The notes below the pieces were generated by a model. The model made no database searches. It was not told where the DNA came from and was given only the letters and a program-made list of their open reading frames with translations. Position numbers and translations under genes: made by a program. From Desulfocapsa sulfexigens DSM 10523 (GTDB lineage Bacteria > Desulfobacterota > Desulfobulbia > Desulfobulbales > Desulfocapsaceae), in the NCBI RefSeq assembly GCF_000341395.1, contig NC_020304.1:1410001-1442000 (forward strand): a stretch of 32,000 bases of DNA, written 5' to 3'. Shown here piece by piece: positions 25,410-32,000 of the stretch (the stretch's first letter is position 1; each line of letters begins with the position of its first letter).

Positions 25410-28145
25410 ATGGGAAAAATTCATCCTGTCACACCTTCCACTGAAAATGTAACAATTCAAATTCCTGATTCACCATGGGCAGACTCTTTAGAGGATTCCG
25501 TCAAAAAACTTCAGGTTGAACCTTCACAAGGGCTTAGTACAACAGAGGCCAGCGCACGTCTACAGACCTTTGGTCATAATATGTTGCGGGAAGTTAAGTC
25601 TAAGAGTTCATTGACGATCTTTATTAATCAGTTCAAAAATCTCATTGTCGTGTTCCTTATTGCCGCATCACTCCTCTCTTTTTCTTTTGGCGAATATGTG
25701 GAAGGCCTGGCGATTGGTATTGTTATTGTTATTAACGCTATTATTGGTTTTGTAACAGAATTAAAAGGAGCCCGTTCCATTGAGGCTCTGCGCAAACTCG
25801 GCAGTGTCAGCTCACGTGTGCGAAGAGATGGCAGGATAAGTGAGATTCTCGCCAACGACCTTGTTCCAGGTGACATTATTATACTGGAAGGTGGCGATGT
25901 CATCTCCGCTGATCTTCGTATCATTACTGCTTCAAGACTTCAATCCGACGAATCTGTTCTCACCGGTGAATCCCTCCCTGTCGGCAAATCAGTGGAAGTG
26001 CTTGGAGAAGGAACATCCCTTGCCGACAGAGATAATATGCTTTTCAAAGGTACGGCCCTTACTCGAGGTTCGGGAGAGGCGGTGGTCATTGCTACGGGAA
26101 TGGAGACTGAGCTTGGGAAAATTTCCTCTCTGGTTGCAGGAACCAAAGAAGATGCGACCCCCCTTGAGAAAAGGCTCAATCAGCTCGGAAACTGGCTTAT
26201 CTGGGTATGTCTCATTATTGCAGTATTTGTCGTTGTAACAGGGTTAATGGCAGGACAAGAGTTGTACCTGATGATTGAAACAGGCATTGCCCTTGCTGTA
26301 GCCTCAATCCCCGAAGGCTTGCCAATTGTTGCAACAATTGCCCTGGCAAGGGGCGTATGGCGTATGGCCAAACGTAATGCACTAATAAAGGAGCTATCAG
26401 CAGTCGAAACACTCGGAGCAACAAGCATTATCTGCACCGATAAGACAGGAACACTTACCGAAAATCGTCTCACCGCGGTGAAGTTTGCCATTGCAACCGG
26501 TTCGATTGATATACATATAAATTCCCCGGAAAAAGAAAAAACCTTTGTTGGTGATGCAGGAGAAATTTCTCTCCCTGAAACCAATAGAGCACTGCAACAT
26601 GTTCTTGAAGTTGGTGTCCTCTGCAACAATGCTGAGATTACCCTCTCTCCTGAAGGAGTTATAGTAAAATCCGTAGGGGATCCGCTGGAGGTTGCCCTTC
26701 TTGCGATTGCCGTAAAAGCTGGTATGACCAGAGAAGACCTCGCTGTTCAATTCCCTGAAGACAAAGAAACATCCTTTGATTCGGATATCAAAATGATGGC
26801 AACTTATCATCGTGTTGACGAAGGGTACCGAATAGCTGTAAAAGGTGCTCCGGAAAGCGTTATTGAAGCATGTGACACACTCTTCACGGGGGATGGTGGA
26901 ACTGCACTGACCGCTGAAGACAGGAAGCAGTGGAGTCAGTTAAATGAAGAAATGGCGGCTAAGGGGCTTCGTGTTCTGGCTTTGGCTGAAAAGCAGTCAA
27001 ATAATCTGGAGGAGGAACCTTACGCCAAACTTCAGCTTGTCGGTCTGGTCGGGTTGATGGATCCACCCCGTGAAGATGTAAAAGAGGCATTGGCACAGTG
27101 TCGCGAAGCCGGGATTCGCGTTATCATGGCTACAGGAGACCAGGCGGTGACAGCCCAGGCGATAGGGAGAGCCGTTGGCCTTGTAGCTGAGGATAATGCC
27201 CAGGTTATTCATGGACTTGATTTGGGCAGGCTTGTAGACCTTTCTGAAGCCGAGAAAGATAGAATTGCTTCAGCACAGCTTTTTGCAAGGGTCAGCCCAA
27301 GCCAGAAGCTTGACCTGATAGCCTTTCACCAGGAAAGACATGCAATTGTTGCGATGACCGGAGACGGAGTGAATGATGCTCCTGCTTTGAAAAAGGCTGA
27401 CATTGGTATCGCCATGGGACTTCGTGGCACACAGGTTGCCAGGGAAGCATCCGACATGATTCTTAAGGACGATTCCTTTGCTTCAATTGTTCATGCTGTT
27501 AAACAGGGCAGGATTATTTTCAAAAACATTCGGGCGTTTGTCATTTATCTCCTGTCCTGTAATCTCAGTGAAGTGATGACAGTCACCTGTGCGATGTTAC
27601 TCGGCATGCCTCTGCCACTTCTCCCCCTACAGATTCTTTTTCTCAATATCGTCACCGATGTTTTCCCTGCCCTTGCCCTTGCAGCTGGAGAAGAGAACGA
27701 CAATATTATGAAAAACAAACCGCGGGACAAGCGTGAACCCATCATGTCTAAAATACACTGGTTCGCTGTTTCAGGCTATGGAGCAATCATGACTTGTGCC
27801 GTTCTTGGTGCTTTTTACATTTCACTCAACACTTTGAATTTACCAGAAAAAGAGTCTGTCACCATATCTTTTCTGACCCTGGCTTTTGCTCAACTCTGGC
27901 ATGTATTTAACATGCGGGAACGCAACTCAGGGGTTCTAAACAATGGTATTATTAAAAACCCTTTTATCTGGGGAGCACTTGCTCTTTGTACAGTGCTTCT
28001 TATGTTGGCCCTGTATGTTCCATTTATGGCAAATATTCTCAGGCTTGCAAACCCTGGATTTATTGGCCTGGCCCTAGTCTTGGCAATGAGCCTTCTGCCA
28101 CTTCTGGGTGGACAGTTGTTTCACTTAATTCTTGGTCGAAAATAG
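25410..28145 (+). CDS. Cation-translocating P-type ATPase (PMCA/PacL-like, P2 type)
   Basis: DESVLTGESLPVGK, PEGLPIVATIALARG, IICTDKTGTLTENRL, VAMTGDGVNDAPALKKADIGIAMG; GAGG-type SD upstream. Confidence 0.93.
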   Translation: MGKIHPVTPSTENVTIQIPDSPWADSLEDSVKKLQVEPSQGLSTTEASARLQTFGHNMLREVKSKSSLTIFINQFKNLIVVFLIAASLLSFSFGEYVEGLAIGIVIVINAIIGFVTELKGARSIEALRKLGSVSSRVRRDGRISEILANDLVPGDIIILEGGDVISADLRIITASRLQSDESVLTGESLPVGKSVEVLGEGTSLADRDNMLFKGTALTRGSGEAVVIATGMETELGKISSLVAGTKEDATPLEKRLNQLGNWLIWVCLIIAVFVVVTGLMAGQELYLMIETGIALAVASIPEGLPIVATIALARGVWRMAKRNALIKELSAVETLGATSIICTDKTGTLTENRLTAVKFAIATGSIDIHINSPEKEKTFVGDAGEISLPETNRALQHVLEVGVLCNNAEITLSPEGVIVKSVGDPLEVALLAIAVKAGMTREDLAVQFPEDKETSFDSDIKMMATYHRVDEGYRIAVKGAPESVIEACDTLFTGDGGTALTAEDRKQWSQLNEEMAAKGLRVLALAEKQSNNLEEEPYAKLQLVGLVGLMDPPREDVKEALAQCREAGIRVIMATGDQAVTAQAIGRAVGLVAEDNAQVIHGLDLGRLVDLSEAEKDRIASAQLFARVSPSQKLDLIAFHQERHAIVAMTGDGVNDAPALKKADIGIAMGLRGTQVAREASDMILKDDSFASIVHAVKQGRIIFKNIRAFVIYLLSCNLSEVMTVTCAMLLGMPLPLLPLQILFLNIVTDVFPALALAAGEENDNIMKNKPRDKREPIMSKIHWFAVSGYGAIMTCAVLGAFYISLNTLNLPEKESVTISFLTLAFAQLWHVFNMRERNSGVLNNGIIKNPFIWGALALCTVLLMLALYVPFMANILRLANPGFIGLALVLAMSLLPLLGGQLFHLILGRK

Positions 28146-28155
28146 ACCTGATGAA

Positions 28156-28192
28156 GATTGATGTTCAGATAGGACTTATCTGAGCATCAATC
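28156..28192 (+). other. Strong 16-bp hairpin just after the ATPase stop codon
   Basis: GATTGATGTTCAGATA-ggact-TATCTGAGCATCAATC, one G-T wobble; no T tract. Confidence 0.65.
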
Positions 28193-28239
28193 AGCCTAAA
28201 CTGATTGTGCTTCAAAAGCAGGCAAAAAACAACGTGCAA

Positions 28240-28268
28240 AAGGGGACAATCAGAAGTGGTCCCCTTTG
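28240..28268 (+). terminator. Terminator-like hairpin downstream of the ATPase gene
   Basis: AAAGGGGAC-aatcagaagtg-GTCCCCTTT, 9-bp perfect arms. Confidence 0.5.
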
Positions 28269-28363
28269 TTTGAACAAGTATCTTTTTTTTGAGATTTTCT
28301 ATAGTTCTCTTCAATTGAGTAGATCACTTCTCGCATTTTTCACGCAAGAAAATCTCCCAAAAG

Positions 28364-28471
28364 CTAAGACTTTTTCTGAAAAACTTCCCCGGAGAGGCTC
28401 TCTTTTAGCATGGTTTGATGGGCAGTATCATTATCCACCAGTAGAATTCGCTTTTTATTCGCTTTACTCAC
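28364..28471 (-). pseudogene. 5' remnant of a ZraR-like response regulator gene directly downstream of the kinase
   Basis: GTG start overlapping the kinase stop: VSKANKKRILLVDNDTAHQTMLKESLSGEVFQKKS*. The intact regulator starts MSKTNKKRILLVDDDTAHRTMLKVNLSGEDF. Confidence 0.88.
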
Positions 28472-28533
28472 ACCTGTTCTCCGGGAAGGATTATCTTCAT
28501 GGTGGTGCCTTTTCCAAGTGTACTTTCCACTTC
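28378..28533. repeat. Direct repeat copy B: zraS 3' end / zraR 5' end junction
   Basis: Partner of 19742..19897. Confidence 0.9.
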
Positions 28534-30213
28534 AATACGTCCGTGATGCTGTTCTATGATCTGATGACTCACGGCAAGACCGAGCCCTGTTCCATCTTTG
28601 CGGGTTGAAAAAAATGGATCAAAAAGTTTTTCCTGCTCCTCATCTGTCATACCATGCCCCGTATCGCTCACCTCGATGCAGATGTCGTCGTTTTTTTTGT
28701 GTGCAGCCAGAAGTATTGTGCCACCATTCTCTGTTACGCTGATACTGTTTTTGAGCAAGTTCAAAAGTACCTGAAGGAGGAGGTCCGGATCTGCATTGAA
28801 TACTAGTTCTGAGTCATAGTCCTTCTGGAAATCGATCTGATGTGCCGCAAAATCCACTTCCATCAGACTGGAAAGCTTTCCAAACAGTTCCTCTGCTTTC
28901 ACTTGTATACGCTGAGGTTCACGTGCTCTTGCAAACTGGAGAAGGCTGGAAATTGTCTGATTGAGACGATCCACTTCGGAGACCATGAGGTCAGCATATT
29001 TTTTTCCATCACTGCCAGGTTCCGACCTGGTGCCAAAGTATTGCGCAAAACCGCGCAGTGTTCCTAAGGGGTTTCGTATTTCATGAGCGACTCCGGCCGC
29101 CATTTTTCCCAATGAGGCAAGTCGCCTGGAAAGTTCGAGTTGCTGTTCAACTTTTCTGATATCCCGCATGTCTCTTAGGATAATCACCAGTCCTGTCTTT
29201 TTTCCATTATGGTCTAAAAGAGGTGAGGTTGAGAGTTTAACCGGGATATCTTCCCCCAGTGGGTTGTGACAAAGGACATCACTCTCGATGAGCAGTTGAT
29301 CCTGCTGCTGATCATCCGTAAAGGAAGAGAAAAGTTCCTGAGGTTGCAAGTTATTCATCTCTGAAAAACGACGGGAAAGCAACTGTTCTGCCTTTTTATT
29401 ACAGGAAACGATGGCATTGCTGCTGTTCAGGGTAATAAGTCCGGCCGGCATGCTTTCGATAACATTGTCAGTATAGAGCTGCATATTGACCAGGGTAGAT
29501 TTACCAACTCGAATGCTCTGATAGAGAAAAAGAAAATACAGTCCAGCACTCCCGAGTAAAAAGAGGAGGGCTCCCATAAGGAGCGCCCGGGTTTTGTCTT
29601 CCTGCCGCGCAGTGTCGAAGGCGCTGGTTCCCAGACCAACCACGATTAATTGACGGCCTTTGTTCTGCATTTCCTCCTGCATCATCTGCATATGTTGATA
29701 CATTTTGCCACGCATGGAATTGGATGGTGACGATGGCGTAGGTTTCCTGCCGCGTCTTGGCATAAGTGGTGGAAGTGGCTCAAAAATTCTTGCCAGTTCA
29801 AATACACTTTTTTCCGGTATTGTCCGGGTGACTGGTGATTCTGCGTCAAGTATTCGTTGAACCTCCTCTTTGTCTATTGGTGGGGGAAGGTCGCCTGCTT
29901 CGGCAACGCTTTCACCATTCTCGTGAAGAATGCGAATGTAAACGACGCTCTCTTCTTTGGTTGTCTCTTCAACCAGAGTTTCGAGGGGGTTACTTCCGCT
30001 CATGTAGTGCATCATTGATGTTCTTGCTCCCGCTTCAAAAGAACGTATCAGGGTCAGGCCCTGCTGGAGGAGGGAATTCTCAAGGAGGCGCTGTTCACGG
30101 TTGAGGTTGCGAACGGTTGTAAATGCAAGGATAACAGCCAGGAGGCAACTTGCAAGGATGAGTACAAGAGCGGGTTTTGAGAATTTAAATGGCTGGTGAG
30201 TGGAAGGCATCAT
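28468..30213 (-). CDS. zraS: Two-component sensor histidine kinase (ZraS-like)
   Basis: Two TM segments flanking a periplasmic domain; PAS; LASLGKMAAGVAHEIRNPLGTLRGFAQYF ... DTGHGMTDEEQEKLFDPFFSTRKDGTGLGLAVSHQIIEQHHGRIEVES. Confidence 0.88.
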   Translation of the reverse strand: MMPSTHQPFKFSKPALVLILASCLLAVILAFTTVRNLNREQRLLENSLLQQGLTLIRSFEAGARTSMMHYMSGSNPLETLVEETTKEESVVYIRILHENGESVAEAGDLPPPIDKEEVQRILDAESPVTRTIPEKSVFELARIFEPLPPLMPRRGRKPTPSSPSNSMRGKMYQHMQMMQEEMQNKGRQLIVVGLGTSAFDTARQEDKTRALLMGALLFLLGSAGLYFLFLYQSIRVGKSTLVNMQLYTDNVIESMPAGLITLNSSNAIVSCNKKAEQLLSRRFSEMNNLQPQELFSSFTDDQQQDQLLIESDVLCHNPLGEDIPVKLSTSPLLDHNGKKTGLVIILRDMRDIRKVEQQLELSRRLASLGKMAAGVAHEIRNPLGTLRGFAQYFGTRSEPGSDGKKYADLMVSEVDRLNQTISSLLQFARAREPQRIQVKAEELFGKLSSLMEVDFAAHQIDFQKDYDSELVFNADPDLLLQVLLNLLKNSISVTENGGTILLAAHKKNDDICIEVSDTGHGMTDEEQEKLFDPFFSTRKDGTGLGLAVSHQIIEQHHGRIEVESTLGKGTTMKIILPGEQV

Positions 30214-30415
30214 AGGATACTGTCTTACTGAGGATATGTACTTTGAGATGGTTGGCTATTTGTTTCATTAAAAACACAGTATAACATAAAAAAAGGCGAA
30301 AAGTCGTGTGTGATATCAGAACCACGACCTTTCACCTCTTAAGAGATACTGAACTGGGTACCGGCGTGCTTATCGTTCAACACCGGTATTTGTGTCCTTG
30401 CCGTACTCTGTAAAA

Positions 30416-30922
30416 TTATTCTGCAGCAAAAGCTGCCTGGCGCTTGGCTTGCAGTTCCTGTCGCATGGTGAAGATTTCTTTTTCCTGTGCCTGCAGTTCA
30501 CCTTGGGTCATTGCGGGGTTACGGGTTGCTTCTCTATAGGCGAACTGTTTGTCATGGATCTGTTTGCGGAGCTCTACGGTTGCATCGAGAAACGCATTCC
30601 TTTTTTCAACCATTTCTGGGTTCATCATCGCGCCGCCGCGATTTTTGTAACATCTGCCCTGCTTCATTCCCTTGTGTCCCATTCCCATACAGGGACCAGC
30701 GTTATCACGAAAACAATCCTGACCATTGTTGCCCATCATTCCCTGTCCCCGCATACTGCCTGGACCCTGTCCGTTCATCATTCCCTGACCATTCATTCTT
30801 CCGTAGCCAGGACCAGCAGCAGGGATCTGAGGGTCTGGAGTAGCTGTGGTTGTCGCCAGAGCAACGCCTGCTACAAGTGAAAGGGCCATAGCTGCTGCTA
30901 CAATATTTCTTTTCATTTTCAT
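30416..30922 (-). CDS. zraP: ZraP-like (Spy/CpxP superfamily) periplasmic metal-response protein
   Basis: Signal peptide; Gly/Met-rich segment; NPEMVEKRNAFLDATVELRKQIHDKQFAYREATRNPAMTQGELQAQEKEIFTMRQELQAKRQ; next to zraS. Confidence 0.82.
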   Translation of the reverse strand: MKMKRNIVAAAMALSLVAGVALATTTATPDPQIPAAGPGYGRMNGQGMMNGQGPGSMRGQGMMGNNGQDCFRDNAGPCMGMGHKGMKQGRCYKNRGGAMMNPEMVEKRNAFLDATVELRKQIHDKQFAYREATRNPAMTQGELQAQEKEIFTMRQELQAKRQAAFAAE

Positions 30923-31003
30923 GGTGGTTCTCCTTAGTAGGTTGATGTTTGTTTTGAAATACTCAAAACGGGCTTTGTCAATATCGACTCTGCCTTTTAC
31001 TTA

Positions 31004-31018
31004 GCATGTAGCGTGCCA
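31004..31018 (-). promoter_or_regulatory. Sigma-54 promoter of zraP
   Basis: Reverse strand TGGCACGCTACATGC (GG-N10-GC), about 80 nt upstream of the zraP ATG. Confidence 0.75.
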
Positions 31019-31255
31019 TGCCGGGATTTTAGTTTCATTGTCTTGTCTAACCATATAAATTTATGTAATAAAAAAAGTATGGTGTCTGATGTTTCAAGAT
31101 GTGCGAAAAGAGAGGTGTCTAATTTATGTGCACTTCTGAAACGGAGAGACAGGAGGGAGTGTAAAAAAAATGGACAAGGTGTTCTGTTGACGGGGGAGAT
31201 CCCCATCCGCCTCTTAAGTGACACAAAAAAGGCAGATGGAGAAAAAGGGAGGATT

Positions 31256-32000
31256 TTAATACTTGAATTTCGAGTGGAGTATTTTTAACTCGGCCTCAGC
31301 TTTATAACCGCTGATCATGCTTCCTAAAGCACCTTTGATTGCAGCCATGGACATGTATACGTGGATAATAAACATGGCTATCATGGCAGCGCCAAGGAAG
31401 TTGTGAATAACCGCTGAAAGGCGGAGAGTGTCAATGTTTGCAGGAAAAGAATAGAGAAAATACCCTGTGACGGCCATGACAGCCCCACCAAGAGTTGCCA
31501 GCCAGAACCACATTTTTTGCCCCGCATTGAATTTCCCTGCAGGAACCGGTTTCTTCTCCTTACTCAGATAACCGCCCATAATTATCATCCACTTCAGATC
31601 ATAAAGAGCGGGGAGCATATCTTTAATCCAGACCAGAAACATAAAAACTGCAAATCCTGCAAATACCACTGCAGAGAGCAGATGGATGGTGCGGGCCATT
31701 ATACCGATTGCCCCTCCGCCAAGGAGTGAGGCATAGATGATCATAAGTCCGGTGATCACCAGCAGGCTGAATGAGAGAGCAGCGCACCAGTGAACAATAC
31801 GGACAAAGAGGTTGTAGCAGTAGACCTGCTTGCCACTATGGTCAAAGACCATGGGGCCGATTGCAATGTAGTGGAAAAAAAATATAACAGGAACAATGGT
31901 GATCACCAGAAGAAACAGTCTCGGAAATAGAAACTGCTGCAGATTGGTGAAAAGTTGGCCATACTGCTGCCACTCTCCCGTGAAATTCGCATTAATCTGC
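31256..32000 (-). CDS. Formate dehydrogenase gamma / cytochrome b subunit, running off the window
   Basis: The frame is open through 32000 (reverse strand QINANFTGEWQQYGQLFTNLQQFLFPRLFLLVITIVPV...). FVRIVHWCAALSFSLLVITGL, MARTIHLLSAVVFAGFAVFM, VIHNFLGAAMIAMFIIHVYMSMAAIKGALGSMISG. The track start at 31906 is artificial. Confidence 0.88.
   Translation of the reverse strand, partial: QINANFTGEWQQYGQLFTNLQQFLFPRLFLLVITIVPVIFFFHYIAIGPMVFDHSGKQVYCYNLFVRIVHWCAALSFSLLVITGLMIIYASLLGGGAIGIMARTIHLLSAVVFAGFAVFMFLVWIKDMLPALYDLKWMIIMGGYLSKEKKPVPAGKFNAGQKMWFWLATLGGAVMAVTGYFLYSFPANIDTLRLSAVIHNFLGAAMIAMFIIHVYMSMAAIKGALGSMISGYKAEAELKILHSKFKY

Noticed and set aside
28156-28192. Hairpin considered as an integron attC or phage att site
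   Set aside because: No clear RYYYAAC/GTTRRRY core sites, no integrase in the window and no second copy seen.
19898-28377. The inserted block considered as a composite transposon or prophage
   Set aside because: No transposase, integrase, terminal inverted repeats or phage genes in the six-frame track; the flanking repeats are coding-sequence fragments.
1-32000. CRISPR arrays, rRNA, tRNA, retron or toxin-antitoxin modules
   Set aside because: No regularly spaced repeats, structural RNA genes, reverse transcriptase or paired toxin-like ORFs were identified by reading.

Overview
The window looks like ordinary chromosome from a Desulfobulbales-like (anaerobic, selenoprotein-using) bacterium; the lineage is inferred from gene content only. 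From left to right it holds: an RND efflux operon (adaptor, pump, TolC-like protein); a DUF1499 lipoprotein; selD on the minus strand; purF; a ferredoxin; an HD-domain protein; a small ORF and an M3 oligoendopeptidase; a MobB / orphan TupA-like pair; a GDPD-like protein; a phosphoethanolamine-transferase-like protein; a DUF6498-like membrane protein; and a ZraR-like sigma-54 response regulator. An approximately 8.6 kb block follows, carrying a PstS-like binding protein, a two-CW histidine kinase, a MarR regulator, a carboxymuconolactone-decarboxylase-like protein and a cation P-type ATPase. The window ends with a ZraS-like kinase, a ZraP-like protein and a formate dehydrogenase gamma / cytochrome b subunit that runs off the edge. 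Main observations: (1) the zraP-zraS-zraR locus is split. A ~150 bp direct repeat (19742-19897 and 28378-28533, offset 8636 bp, about 87% identical by hand count) lies at both ends of the block. Each copy is a zraS 3'-end/zraR 5'-end junction, so zraS is followed by a 35-codon zraR stub and zraR is preceded by a zraS tail stub. No transposase or integrase is visible. (2) SelD is called too short in the ORF track: the true frame extends through an in-frame TGA (Sec) to ATG 7714, with a SECIS-like stem just downstream. (3) Two near-identical palindromes, T[GA]GGTGTA-NN-TACACC[CT]A, sit before marR and before the next gene. The first overlaps a TTGACA promoter that would give a leaderless marR mRNA. 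(4) A GG-N10-GC sigma-54 promoter lies upstream of zraP. No CRISPR array, rRNA, tRNA or phage module was seen.
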